From positions 1 to 62,672 of IMG/VR virus record IMGVR_UViG_3300037991_004971: DNA of 62,672 bases. One strand, written 5' to 3'. Position 1 is the stretch's first letter. Each line of letters opens with the position of its first letter. Of this stretch, positions 16,440 through 26,055 are shown one piece after another. Below the pieces are notes generated by a model. It saw only the letters and a list, made by a program, of their open reading frames with translations. It did not search any database and was not told the origin of the DNA. Position numbers and translations under genes: made by a program. This stretch comes from a virus (lineage: Duplodnaviria > Caudoviricetes).

Positions 16440-17532
16440 TAATCTCTTCTCCTGGCATTTGGAAATCGGCATCTACTTTATCATACAGTTCTAGGAATGC
16501 TTGCTTGGTTTCATCATCAAAACGATTTACACAAACACTAATTGCCTTTGCTTTATCTTGGAAGATACTGTAAGCGCGAATAATGTGAACCAAACGACGG
16601 GTGCTGATGATTTCATCAATACCACCATCATAGAAGGTCTTACGGATAATATCACCCCAATCAACTAGACGAGAGATGAAGTTATCATCATCAACACCGT
16701 GAGCATTAGCAACCTTCATAAGGATTTTTGCTTCTGCTGCTGGAGCAGGATATTCTTGCTCAAAAGTTACTGGGAATCGCTCAAGGAATGCTTCGTTGAG
16801 CACATTAGTTCCAATGAATCGTCCATCGTCGCTACCTTTACCCTTAGTGTTTGCTGTGGCGATGATGTTGAATCCACTTGCAGGCTCAATCCGTTTTCCG
16901 ATCTTTTTAAGGAATACTCCTTTCCCTTCAAGGATAGATTGGAGACAGAGAATTTTATTAGAGGCAAGGTCGATCTCGTCAAGGAGCAAGATAGCTCCTC
17001 GTTCGAGTGCTTCAATGACTGGGCCATTGTGCCAGACGGTGTCGCCATTAACAAGGCGGAAACCGCCAATAAGATCATCTTCATCTGTTTCTACCGTAAT
17101 GTTGACTCGGATGAGTTCCCGACCAAGTTGAGCACACGCTTGCTCAACCGAGAATGTTTTACCGTTTCCAGAGAGACCAGTAATGAACGATGGATAGAAT
17201 AGACGGGAACTAATAATTTTTTTAACATCGTTAAAGTTACCAAACTTGACGAAGGTATCATCTTTTTCAGGGATAAGGTTTTGCTCAATCGCTGGCATTG
17301 CAGCAGGAGAACTATAAGATACTTCTAGTTCTTTTACTGTTTCTTTTGTAACTTCCAGATTCCACTTTCCTTTGGAAACATTATACTGCTTCAAACGCTT
17401 GGTGACAGTTTGATATGAAATGTCGTTGGATGCACAGAATCCACGGATATCAGCAGCAGTAAACTCAGAACCATAAAGATCACGGAGTCCATCAACAATT
17501 TGATTGTCAGTCATCTTCATCTCAAAAGGCAT
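16432..17532 (-). CDS. cobS: CobS-like MoxR-family AAA+ ATPase
   Basis: GLSGNGKT, DEDDLIGG, LLLDEID, IATANTKGKG, LNEAFLERF, STRRL; characteristic cyanophage cobS. Confidence 0.93.
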   Translation of the reverse strand: MPFEMKMTDNQIVDGLRDLYGSEFTAADIRGFCASNDISYQTVTKRLKQYNVSKGKWNLEVTKETVKELEVSYSSPAAMPAIEQNLIPEKDDTFVKFGNFNDVKKIISSRLFYPSFITGLSGNGKTFSVEQACAQLGRELIRVNITVETDEDDLIGGFRLVNGDTVWHNGPVIEALERGAILLLDEIDLASNKILCLQSILEGKGVFLKKIGKRIEPASGFNIIATANTKGKGSDDGRFIGTNVLNEAFLERFPVTFEQEYPAPAAEAKILMKVANAHGVDDDNFISRLVDWGDIIRKTFYDGGIDEIISTRRLVHIIRAYSIFQDKAKAISVCVNRFDDETKQAFLELYDKVDADFQMPGEEINE

Positions 17533-17560
17533 GGTCTAGTTGTTTTGTTTAACTGAAGTT

Positions 17561-17615
17561 ATTATAGACGAAAAAAGGGGGTTCTCGACCCCCCTGTGTC
17601 CAGTTTTAAAAGTGG
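17561..17615 (-). promoter_or_regulatory. Promoter with upstream motif, stem-loop and TATAAT (copy A)
   Basis: CCACTTTTAAAACTGGACACA-GGGGGG..CCCCC-TTTTTT-CGTC-TATAAT; same layout as 21078-21133. Confidence 0.65.
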
Positions 17616-17619
17616 TCTA

Positions 17620-17868
17620 TCAATCTTCAGATTGTAGTTCTTCAATTTGCTTAACCAGTTTAGTCTGGGAGAGTCTTCTATCTAACTCTACACCCATGGT
17701 CCTACCCAACTCTTCCAGTTCTTTTTTACTCATATCTTTGAGTTCTGGTTCTGGAGCAGGTGCTTCAACAACCACTGGTTCTGGAGCAGGTGCAGGAGGA
17801 GCAACTGCTGGGGCAGGGGGTTCTGCAGGGGCACTCTTGCCTCTTATTAGATCGCCAAACTTGCTCAT
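17620..17868 (-). CDS. Pro/Ala-rich protein with a C-terminal Rho-N/HeH-like helical domain
   Basis: PAPAVAPPAPAP linker; MSKKELEELGRTMGVELDRRLSQTKL. A late promoter ATAAATA lies at 17892-98. Confidence 0.7.
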   Translation of the reverse strand: MSKFGDLIRGKSAPAEPPAPAVAPPAPAPEPVVVEAPAPEPELKDMSKKELEELGRTMGVELDRRLSQTKLVKQIEELQSED

Positions 17869-17894
17869 GGTTCTATAAAATACTTTTGGACTAT

Positions 17895-18047
17895 TTATGA
17901 TTCACTAGGTTTATCTGTTCCACCACCTTCTCCACCTTCAGCAGGAAGATTATCAGTTTTTGGTTCTTCTGGAGTTGGTGGTGGAGTATGCACCTTTCGG
18001 TATGCATCCATCAATCCCGCAGCATCTTTAGGTGTTAATCTAGCCAT
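17895..18047 (-). CDS. Small hypothetical late protein (50 aa)
   Basis: MARLTPKDAAGLMDAYRKVHTPPPTPEEPKTDNLPAEGGEGGGTDKPSES; CTAAATA upstream. Confidence 0.6.
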   Translation of the reverse strand: MARLTPKDAAGLMDAYRKVHTPPPTPEEPKTDNLPAEGGEGGGTDKPSES

Positions 18048-18071
18048 TACAATATGAAGTGAATATCATTT

Positions 18072-18233
18072 TTATTTAGCATCTTTTTCATCGAAATATT
18101 CATCAATAAGATGATGTAGTTGCCAATATCGTTTAAACCAATCAGCAATAAGTCCATAATGAGGAAGTTCATAATAGGCATCTATATTTTCTTCCATGAC
18201 TTTCAGAATTTCTTCTTTAGTAGGTTTGCTCAT
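18072..18233 (-). CDS. Small hypothetical protein (53 aa)
   Basis: MSKPTKEEILKVMEENIDAYYELPHYGLIADWFKRYWQLHHLIDEYFDEKDAK; ATGA overlap. Confidence 0.65.
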   Translation of the reverse strand: MSKPTKEEILKVMEENIDAYYELPHYGLIADWFKRYWQLHHLIDEYFDEKDAK

Positions 18234-18757
18234 ACCCAACTTGGTTTGCGTTCTGGTTTGCGGAGATAATTATCTTTTACCCAAGGTTTTGATGCAATGT
18301 ATTTTTTGTATGCAGTAAAAGTATCGATTGAATCATCATACTTAAACTCATCTGGCATTGCTCGGGAAAAGTCAGTAGCTGCATTATAGCATACTATTGC
18401 TTTTCCAGATTTCTTATGGAAGATTTTTTTTGCCTCAAATAATGTTTTGGCGCAGGTATGCTCTTTTCCGTATCTGTTTTGATATTCGGACGCTAAAGCA
18501 CAACCATGCTGAATTAACCAAGCAGTATTCTCATGATTTTTAGCCGCCCATTTAGTAGATGGATGATTGCGAAATGCTCCTTTTTTTGTTGCGTAAGGAG
18601 TCCCATCAGCTTTGGGTAAAGTGCCCCAATTATAGTACCACTCTGAAAAGATGATAGAAAGCATCTGACAGCACTCCAGAGGCATCTTAACAACATGCTT
18701 ATCAGGAAGAACCTCAGCAGATTTACGGGGGCAATAATCGGTTGCAAAGATATTCAT
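18230..18757 (-). CDS. Pyrimidine-dimer DNA glycosylase/endonuclease V-like family protein
   Basis: MNIF...DKHVVKMPLECCQMLS...NHPSTKW...EYQNRYGKEH...AMPDEFK...AY..Y. Confidence 0.75.
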   Translation of the reverse strand: MNIFATDYCPRKSAEVLPDKHVVKMPLECCQMLSIIFSEWYYNWGTLPKADGTPYATKKGAFRNHPSTKWAAKNHENTAWLIQHGCALASEYQNRYGKEHTCAKTLFEAKKIFHKKSGKAIVCYNAATDFSRAMPDEFKYDDSIDTFTAYKKYIASKPWVKDNYLRKPERKPSWV

Positions 18758-18966
18758 GTGAGAAGTTTACTAAAACTGATTGCTAGAAGAAAGGATAGCA
18801 TAAGGACAACATCCCAAGCCTTTGTCTTTACAAAGTATGGAATTGAAATCAGGTCAGCAATAAAATTAATTATCACACCTGCTAGAACATTAATATGGAG
18901 AATTGCAAAGTAGGCAACAATGACTCCAATGCTGCCTACGATTCGCATACAAGTGATCAATTTCAT
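18754..18966 (-). CDS. Small three-TM membrane protein
   Basis: Almost entirely hydrophobic; coupled to both neighbours. Confidence 0.7.
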   Translation of the reverse strand: MKLITCMRIVGSIGVIVAYFAILHINVLAGVIINFIADLISIPYFVKTKAWDVVLMLSFLLAISFSKLLT

Positions 18967-21056
18967 GCAACTAGATCTACAAACTCACTCAGAATTTTTT
19001 TGTTCATTTTTTTAGTTTTAAGACTCTTCATAAAGGCAGATTTGATTTTTGCCTTTGAAGCACCTTCATCAACAGAGAACTCAGATTCATCACTAAGAAT
19101 ACTACTGTTTAGACCAAAGTACCTAGAATATGCAGATTTCTTAATGGAAAGAGTTTTGTTTTTCCTCCACTCTTTCATCACAGTATCATATTCATCAGTG
19201 TAACCAAGATATTGGCGAACAAAATGACCAGCATCTCTTGATTCAAGAATACGAATACCAATCAAATTCACATCAGGGAAAGTATCACCGAGATCTTTTA
19301 GAAAAATTTCAGTCATATGTGTCCAGTTTTCCATTTGATCAAAGTCGTAGGTACGACCCGTTTTACGATTACGGAGATAGCATTTTCCTTGGATGTATTT
19401 TGTACCAAGGAATGGTTCATTCTCCCAATGGCGCTGAACTTCTTTATGATACTTCAATGGATATGCTTCACCATCAGTAAGGATAACACATTGAACCTTC
19501 TGAAGTTTATTGCGCTTCTTAAATTCAGGAATAATTTTATGAAGCGCAAGGATGGTTTCATTCAAAGGAGTACCAGAGAGACCCATACCGATGGGGGGTT
19601 TCCCCCAGCAAGTGATCGAATGAACAGTCCTCCAGATATTGATCATCTGCTTTTCAAGTTGACTACCACTCATGTTACTACTAAAGAAATGCATGAGAGA
19701 GAACCACTCAGCAACATATACTAATCCATCTTTCTCAGTATATGCTTTTTGATGCATATTTTCTTTAGGGTAATCATTAGTAAATGCATAAACATCAAAC
19801 GGAATATTGCACTTTTTACAGAACCAAAGAAGACTATAAAGTTGCTTTACAGTATCTTTGAGTACTGTACCCATAGATCCAGACCAATCCAAAATGAATA
19901 CTAGACCATGATTCTTACCATCAGGAATTACAGAAACTTTCTTAAACAGATCCTCGTTATACTTGTAGGTGTGCAGTTTGGAAGTATCAAGAACTCCAGT
20001 GCGAGATGTAGTGGAACGAGCATATGAATCTGCCGCTTTTTTCATCTCAAACTCCTTAACAAGATAGTTGACCTCTTTTTGGGATTCTTTCTTGAAGGAT
20101 TTAAATTCTTTATCCGTTGCTTCATAGATAGAACCAAGTTCTTCGTGTCTTTCTACATTCTCGATCCAAGTTTTATCACAACTATCATGAATATCTTTGT
20201 TGGGGATAATAATTTTATTGAGATTAAGATCAGGAGATTCTAGATAGACACTTTCAAGACCATCAGGATTAATGAGATCTTTTAGAGCATCTGCCAACGC
20301 GGATTCTGTTTCGATTTCAATTTCTTGTTCTCCAGCACCATCACCTTCATCATAATCTTGAAGGTCCTCAAGAACATTTTCAGCAGTTTGAGGTTGATCA
20401 CCTCCCATTTCAGTAGCACCGTTCCCTCCAGGAATCTGAGGTTCGGATTCATGCTCCGATTCTGATTCAGTGTTACCAACAGGAACTTCCTGTTCTTTCT
20501 GTTTCTCTAGTTGTTGCTTACAAAACTCATAGAGAGCAAGTGCAGCATTTAGTGCATCATCAAAAGACTCTGCAGCATATACCTGATCTACAACTACCTG
20601 CTCTTCTTCAGTAAAACAGACATCAATGAAGCTTCCAATCTTGAAATAAAGATTCACCCGATCTGCTAGGTTCATCTCATTCACATCAGTATCAGCAATT
20701 TCAAAGAAATCCTCATCAGAAAGCTCATTGTATCCACGATAGAAAGTCTTTGAGATACCAGCATAACGACGCTTCATCAGTTTCTCAATGCGTACATCTT
20801 CAGTTACATTGACAAACTGCTGAGGAACCTTGACTTTCTCTCTCCAATCTTCATCAGGCGTATACAGAGCGTGTCCCACTTCATGGGCAACCAGGGCATC
20901 ATACACATTCTCACTTGCCCTATCCCAGAGAGGAAGCGTTAGAACGCGAGTGTGTACATTAAACTGTGCTGTTTGTACTTGCTTATTCTCTACAATCAGA
21001 TCTTCAGTAGCAAGAAGTTTTGCCAGTTGTGATTTGATTTCGTGGGAAACTGCCAT
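18963..21056 (-). CDS. CobT-like protein: N-terminal HExxH metallopeptidase-like domain, acidic linker and VWA domain
   Basis: HEVGHALYT...NVTEDVRIE; MIDAS motif DWSGSM; GTPLNE; ILTDGE. Confidence 0.88.
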   Translation of the reverse strand: MAVSHEIKSQLAKLLATEDLIVENKQVQTAQFNVHTRVLTLPLWDRASENVYDALVAHEVGHALYTPDEDWREKVKVPQQFVNVTEDVRIEKLMKRRYAGISKTFYRGYNELSDEDFFEIADTDVNEMNLADRVNLYFKIGSFIDVCFTEEEQVVVDQVYAAESFDDALNAALALYEFCKQQLEKQKEQEVPVGNTESESEHESEPQIPGGNGATEMGGDQPQTAENVLEDLQDYDEGDGAGEQEIEIETESALADALKDLINPDGLESVYLESPDLNLNKIIIPNKDIHDSCDKTWIENVERHEELGSIYEATDKEFKSFKKESQKEVNYLVKEFEMKKAADSYARSTTSRTGVLDTSKLHTYKYNEDLFKKVSVIPDGKNHGLVFILDWSGSMGTVLKDTVKQLYSLLWFCKKCNIPFDVYAFTNDYPKENMHQKAYTEKDGLVYVAEWFSLMHFFSSNMSGSQLEKQMINIWRTVHSITCWGKPPIGMGLSGTPLNETILALHKIIPEFKKRNKLQKVQCVILTDGEAYPLKYHKEVQRHWENEPFLGTKYIQGKCYLRNRKTGRTYDFDQMENWTHMTEIFLKDLGDTFPDVNLIGIRILESRDAGHFVRQYLGYTDEYDTVMKEWRKNKTLSIKKSAYSRYFGLNSSILSDESEFSVDEGASKAKIKSAFMKSLKTKKMNKKILSEFVDLVA

Positions 21057-21077
21057 TGCTTTGTTTCGGATGTACCT

Positions 21078-21133
21078 ATCATACAAAAGAACCCCGCTTT
21101 TGAGGCGGGGTGCTGTGACGGTTCTTAAAGTGG
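21078..21133 (-). promoter_or_regulatory. Promoter with upstream motif, stem-loop and TATGAT (copy B)
   Basis: CCACTTTAAGAACCGTCACAG-C-ACCCCGC..GCGGGGT-TCTTTTG-TATGAT. Confidence 0.6.
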
Positions 21134-21225
21134 CGCAACGCTTCTCGTCGTGCCCTCATTGCTTGTGGCTTAAGCTTTCTCTTCTGTTCTTTTTTGCTGT
21201 GATGCTGCCAATTTGGCGTATTCAT
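21079..21225 (-). CDS. Small basic hypothetical protein (48 aa)
   Basis: MNTPNWQHHSKKEQKRKLKPQAMRARREALRHFKNRHSTPPQKRGSFV. Confidence 0.55.
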   Translation of the reverse strand: MNTPNWQHHSKKEQKRKLKPQAMRARREALRHFKNRHSTPPQKRGSFV

Positions 21226-21322
21226 TGAGATACCTGTCAGATGCAGGGTCGGTGATGAGCGTCATTCCAGACTGCTTGAAATCCTTTGAAATGTCAACTG
21301 GTCTACGGATTTGATCTTTCAT
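21170..21322 (-). CDS. Small hypothetical late protein (50 aa)
   Basis: MKDQIRRPVDISKDFKQSGMTLITDPASDRYLNEYAKLAASQQKRTEEKA; ATAAATA at 21347-53. Confidence 0.55.
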   Translation of the reverse strand: MKDQIRRPVDISKDFKQSGMTLITDPASDRYLNEYAKLAASQQKRTEEKA

Positions 21323-21349
21323 TCGCTAGTAGCAAGTGAATAATTTTAT

Positions 21350-21949
21350 TTATTGGTAATTATAACCCGAATCACCGATTTGGCAAATACCATGAGGCAT
21401 CCAATTCATTGCTAAAGAATATCTATGTTTTCCAGTCATATTCACCATAACAGAATGATCTAGGTAACTAGGAAACAATAGCATCTTTCCACTAATAGCA
21501 GGAAAAGTTACATCACCATGCATCATTAGATCTGGATCATCACCATCCATAGGAACATTAATTAATGGAAAATCTTTATGGAAAGTTAATGGATTACAAT
21601 CATCATGAAAATAATAAACAGAACTCCAAATAGAATTCGTATGACTATGCTTTTGAATATTAGCTTCTGGTTTAGTTCTAGTAAACCAACTAGTAATTAT
21701 CTGAAATGGATTTACATATTTAAATTGACTGACTAAAGTTTGATTAACTTTATTGGTAAATTTTTCTTTTATCTCTGGATGCGATTCTAAAATCTGCAAA
21801 TCTGCAGACTGATTTTCCCCTCCTAATTTTGACCATTCAACACCATTACAAATTTTCTCTACATCACCTACAAGATCAGAAAAATCTAAAACATGTATGA
21901 TAGTTGGAAATATACTAAATTGCAGTGTACCATCTTCTAATTTTTTCAT
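21350..21949 (-). CDS. 2OG-Fe(II) oxygenase (TIGR02466-like)
   Basis: FPT...SWF...HSHTNSIWSSVYY...LLFPSYLDH...RYSLAMN. Confidence 0.9.
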   Translation of the reverse strand: MKKLEDGTLQFSIFPTIIHVLDFSDLVGDVEKICNGVEWSKLGGENQSADLQILESHPEIKEKFTNKVNQTLVSQFKYVNPFQIITSWFTRTKPEANIQKHSHTNSIWSSVYYFHDDCNPLTFHKDFPLINVPMDGDDPDLMMHGDVTFPAISGKMLLFPSYLDHSVMVNMTGKHRYSLAMNWMPHGICQIGDSGYNYQ

Positions 21950-22536
21950 TGATAGTTATAACTTGAATCACCGAAAACTATATTACCCTTTGGCATAAAA
22001 TTCATCGCTAGGGAATACCTATCTTTATCAGTATTATTGGGTTCAGTCCAATGCAACAAATGACTTGGAAATATCAACATACTTCCAGTTTTTATACCAA
22101 TAGTAGCCTGCCCATAGGGAACATATTGGGGATCGTTGCATTTAAATTTAACATCAATCATAGGTTCAGTTGCGCTGCTTTGAAATACAATTGATGAAGT
22201 TTCTTCATATGGATAAAAAACAGCACTCCATAGACAGTTGGTATGTTTGTGCCTATGTATGATATTACCAGGAGATGTGCAAGTCCACCAACTAGTTGTC
22301 ATTTTCATCTCAGTTTCATAACCGAGAGTTTCCAAACACAAATTTACTTTAGCATCAAACTTGGCAGCAAGTTTTTTATGAGCTCTCAGTACCCATTTAT
22401 TTTCACTGGCATCATTTGCTTTTTTAGTCCAGGTAACATTCTTTCTAGTTTTTTCTGCTGCCTCTATTAGTTCTGAAGCATCTATTTGATAAACTAATGT
22501 AGGAAATAACCTGAGAACACCCATCTCAACGGTCAT
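21946..22536 (-). CDS. 2OG-Fe(II) oxygenase (TIGR02466-like), tandem paralogue
   Basis: FPT...SWW...HKHTNCLWSAVFY...LIFPSHLLH...RYSLAMN...GDSSYNYQ. Confidence 0.9.
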   Translation of the reverse strand: MTVEMGVLRLFPTLVYQIDASELIEAAEKTRKNVTWTKKANDASENKWVLRAHKKLAAKFDAKVNLCLETLGYETEMKMTTSWWTCTSPGNIIHRHKHTNCLWSAVFYPYEETSSIVFQSSATEPMIDVKFKCNDPQYVPYGQATIGIKTGSMLIFPSHLLHWTEPNNTDKDRYSLAMNFMPKGNIVFGDSSYNYQ

Positions 22537-24245
22537 GATGCTCTCCGTGAGAATCCTTTTACTTTCTCAAACTTAATTACACTTTCAAATTTATCTTGAA
22601 GATCTACTTTGTGAGAAATTACAAAAACATTAGCATCTTTGATTATAAAACGAATAATCTTGAGAAACTCATCTGTTCCAAATCCATCAAGTGAAGAATC
22701 AAATACCTCATCCATAATCAACAGATTGGTATTCACAGAATTCTTGACACGCGCCACTTCACGCCAAGTGAATAGTAGAGCAAGGTCAATCCTCATTTTC
22801 TCACCTTCAGAAAATGAAGCATAGGAAAACTTTTCATGAATTGGAGACTCTACAGTCTCACTAAACTCCTCATCAAGTTTAAAATTAATATAGAAGTCCA
22901 TCATCTGCAGATAACGATTTACCTGCTGGTTAATAAGAGGAAGATACTTCTTAATAATTTTTGTCTTGACACCATCGTCCCTCAAAAGAGAATACGCAAA
23001 ATCATGGTTAATGATTTCGGTTTTCTTTTCTGAAAGCGTTGTAAATACCTTCTGGAGATTTTCTTTAAATTCTTCTAGTTTTTCATTCTCAGCAGTTCTG
23101 TTTGCAAGTTGCTCGGTAATTCTTTGAATTTCCGATTCCAGATCTCGGATTTGTCGCTGACAACCAGAGATTCTAGTATTGTTCTTAGAAATGCCATGTG
23201 TGAGTGAAGTAATCTCCTTGGAATGAGTTGTAAATTGACGCTCTCGTTCCTCTTCCTCTTTAATTGCCTCTTCTAGTTCTTTATAACCAGATTGCAACTC
23301 CTTTGCTTTATTTTGAGCGTCTGTAATTCTATTTACACGAAACTCTTCTTCAATATCTTGTCCACAAGTGGGGCATACCGTATTATCGGTAAAAAATTTA
23401 TGTTCCTTAGTAATAGTTGATACTTTGTTAGAAATCTTACCCTTAAGATTGCCTAGTTTACGAAGTTTGTCGCTGGCACCAGTAAATTGTTCCAGTTCAA
23501 TCTGAACAGTTTGAAGATTTTCTGTTAGGGATTCATTACTATTCATCAAGGTATTTTCTTCCTCAAGAAGAGATTGAATCTTCACTTCTTTGGTTCTAAT
23601 ATTTGCTTTACCTCTATTTTCCAACTCATCGATGAAGTCTTGCTGCATCTTCATCTTCTCTTTCAAGGTTTGTTTCTTTAAATCAAGAGACTTGACTTGA
23701 TCTTTACGAGTTTTAATCTCATCCTTCAGGAGATTACTCATTTGGGAGAAAATTCTAATATCAAGAAGATCCTCAATTACTTCTCTACGATTAGAAGAAG
23801 TCAACTGCATAAAGGGTACAAAGGTGCTACTACCCAAAATTACAATCTGAGTGAAAGACTTGTAATTAACTTTGAGAATATTATCTTCCAGAACCCGCTG
23901 CATGGCACGATCATCTGCCTCACGATGCATCTCTACACCGTTTACTACAATATCAAATACATTGGGTTTAATACCCCTACGGACCACATACTGACGACTG
24001 TTAATTGCAAATTCAATTTCAACTAAACAATCACGCTCATTAGCGGAGTTTACTAGTTGGGGTTTATTAATCTTACGAAAAGGTTTATTGAATAGAACAA
24101 AGGTAAGTGCATCAAGCACGGTTGACTTTCCAGTACCGTTTGTCCCGATGATTAGATTAGTTGTATTTTCTTGAAAATCAAGTTCAGTAAATTGATTTCC
24201 TGTACTTAGAAAATTCTTCCATCTAATCTTCTGAAATGTTATCAT
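22533..24245 (-). CDS. gp46: Recombination endonuclease subunit gp46 (SbcC/Rad50-like ATPase)
   Basis: GTNGTGKS, CPTC zinc hook, FSEGEKMR signature, MDEVFD. Confidence 0.97.
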   Translation of the reverse strand: MITFQKIRWKNFLSTGNQFTELDFQENTTNLIIGTNGTGKSTVLDALTFVLFNKPFRKINKPQLVNSANERDCLVEIEFAINSRQYVVRRGIKPNVFDIVVNGVEMHREADDRAMQRVLEDNILKVNYKSFTQIVILGSSTFVPFMQLTSSNRREVIEDLLDIRIFSQMSNLLKDEIKTRKDQVKSLDLKKQTLKEKMKMQQDFIDELENRGKANIRTKEVKIQSLLEEENTLMNSNESLTENLQTVQIELEQFTGASDKLRKLGNLKGKISNKVSTITKEHKFFTDNTVCPTCGQDIEEEFRVNRITDAQNKAKELQSGYKELEEAIKEEEERERQFTTHSKEITSLTHGISKNNTRISGCQRQIRDLESEIQRITEQLANRTAENEKLEEFKENLQKVFTTLSEKKTEIINHDFAYSLLRDDGVKTKIIKKYLPLINQQVNRYLQMMDFYINFKLDEEFSETVESPIHEKFSYASFSEGEKMRIDLALLFTWREVARVKNSVNTNLLIMDEVFDSSLDGFGTDEFLKIIRFIIKDANVFVISHKVDLQDKFESVIKFEKVKGFSRRAS

Positions 24246-24501
24246 TCACTTTCGGGGGAATAACGATATCGTTCGGTGTGATCACCGTATATTTGTAATT
24301 ATACCTTTTACAGGTTAAAATTGCAAGGTTGTCATCAACTTCGACAACCTTCATTTCTTGATCTTCTTCTTCCTCAAACTGCATTGCATAACGCTCTGCA
24401 TCATCTTCCTCTTGGAACATGAACAATACTTTTTCACCATACCTATTTGCAACAGCATAGGCACCGTCATCAAGTTTGTCTTTGATTGTAAGAAGATACA
24501 T
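24223..24501 (-). CDS. DUF3110-like protein
   Basis: GAYAV...VLFMFQEEDDAERYA resembles the cyanobacterial DUF3110 core. Confidence 0.65.
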   Translation of the reverse strand: MYLLTIKDKLDDGAYAVANRYGEKVLFMFQEEDDAERYAMQFEEEEDQEMKVVEVDDNLAILTCKRYNYKYTVITPNDIVIPPKVNDNISED

Positions 24502-25541
24502 TACTCGACCTCACATGCTTGAGAGTATATCTTTTGTAGAATGCCTTTAATAATTGCACGATCACCTTCAAATTCAGATTCATCAATATAACGATTCAGA
24601 ATATTGATCGTGTTTTCAGTTTCTTCAACTTCAAAGGTTTCACTTTCAGTAAAAGTAAAATTTTCTACAATCTTTAAATCTTGAATTCCAGAAGAATATA
24701 ATTTATCTATAAATTTTTCAAACTTCTTTGGTTCAGATTTTTTCCTTACAATTACTTTTACAATCTTACCCTCATATTCGCGAGTATCAAAAGTTTGGAA
24801 AGGAGTATCTTCGTAGTAGATATTATAGAAAAGTCTATGTGGATTATCTATCGATTTATGTTCTAGAGTTTCAGTATCAAAGATTGTAAATCCACGGGGA
24901 TCATTTACATCATTCCAGAACATCTCATATGGATTACCTAGGTAGAAGATTCGTCCGTTGTCTGATCGTGTATGGTAATGACCCGAAAATGTCCGCTCGA
25001 ACTTCTCAAATAATGCGCTCGCCATACCTTCTTCCATGACGTGTCCGCGATGCGCTCTAAATCCGTTGAGTTCAAGGTGCCCCATCGCGCACGAGCTAGT
25101 TGAATCTTTAATCGATTTGATACTGCTCTGAGTATTTTCTGCATTGATCCAAGGGATAAACAAAACTTGTAGTCTATCTAGCATAACCTCAGTACATTCT
25201 GAGTAGATCTTCACATTTTTGTACTGTTTGAGCAACAAATCTACAGAATTAATTGCATTCGTATCTTTGTAGTATGCAGTGTGGTTGCCAACGATAGTAT
25301 GAACTGTAATACCCAGTTTTTCTAGACGATCATAGTAGTTTTCTTTTGCCCACTCAAGAGACCAAAGATCAATAGATCTACGATTGTCAAAGGTATCTCC
25401 CATATCAACGATGGTGTCGATACCATGCTCTTCTATGTAAGGAAAGAATACATCATCATAAAACTGTTTGAAGTAATCATGAAGGTGTTTAGAACCCTTG
25501 CGAGCACCAAAGTGCTGATCCGTGATAATCGCTACTTTCAT
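24501..25541 (-). CDS. gp47: Recombination endonuclease subunit gp47 (Mre11/SbcD-like)
   Basis: DQHFG, GDTFD, GNH, GHLE, SGHYH. Confidence 0.97.
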   Translation of the reverse strand: MKVAIITDQHFGARKGSKHLHDYFKQFYDDVFFPYIEEHGIDTIVDMGDTFDNRRSIDLWSLEWAKENYYDRLEKLGITVHTIVGNHTAYYKDTNAINSVDLLLKQYKNVKIYSECTEVMLDRLQVLFIPWINAENTQSSIKSIKDSTSSCAMGHLELNGFRAHRGHVMEEGMASALFEKFERTFSGHYHTRSDNGRIFYLGNPYEMFWNDVNDPRGFTIFDTETLEHKSIDNPHRLFYNIYYEDTPFQTFDTREYEGKIVKVIVRKKSEPKKFEKFIDKLYSSGIQDLKIVENFTFTESETFEVEETENTINILNRYIDESEFEGDRAIIKGILQKIYSQACEVE

Positions 25542-26017
25542 CTATTAGAAGACTTATACTGAATATTATCCTTGATTGTATTATAGTCTGAACTGCTATT
25601 AGAAAGCAAGCTATCATCCACCATCATAACCTCATCGTAACCAGTCTTCTCAATAATCTTAGTTTTAATTTCTAATTGCTTCTTCTCTTTCTGAATTCTG
25701 CGTAGAAAGGCATAGTGAATAATTTGCGTGAAGTAAGCAAATGGATTTTTAGATTTATTAGGATCGAAGTTGTGAATATACTGTACACAGTTTTCGATAC
25801 CATCAGAGATCATATCGTCTCTGAACATATAGTTAACGAAGTTAGGCTTATATGAGAGGTGGGTAGCAATCTTAAGGAAACACTCACCAAGGTAGTTACT
25901 AATCCTTGGTTTAGGAAGGTCTTTTGCTTTTGCTACTGCAACTTCTGCACGGTAGTTAATAAGCGCCTCTAATAGTTCCTTGTTATTTACATAATGCTCC
26001 GACTTCTTCTTTGCCAT
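25538..26017 (-). CDS. gp55: Late-transcription sigma factor gp55
   Basis: HYVNNKEL...KIATHLSYKPNF.NY...DMISDGIEN...NPFAYFTQI..AF.RRI.KEK. Confidence 0.96.
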   Translation of the reverse strand: MAKKKSEHYVNNKELLEALINYRAEVAVAKAKDLPKPRISNYLGECFLKIATHLSYKPNFVNYMFRDDMISDGIENCVQYIHNFDPNKSKNPFAYFTQIIHYAFLRRIQKEKKQLEIKTKIIEKTGYDEVMMVDDSLLSNSSSDYNTIKDNIQYKSSNR

Positions 26018-26055
26018 AACATTTTCTCTTCTCTATTGTAAAACTTAGTAATAAC

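Noticed and set aside
16432-21056. Cobalamin biosynthesis (cobaltochelatase) pathway
   Set aside because: There is no cobN or other cob gene in the window; a generic MoxR AAA+/VWA pair explains it better.
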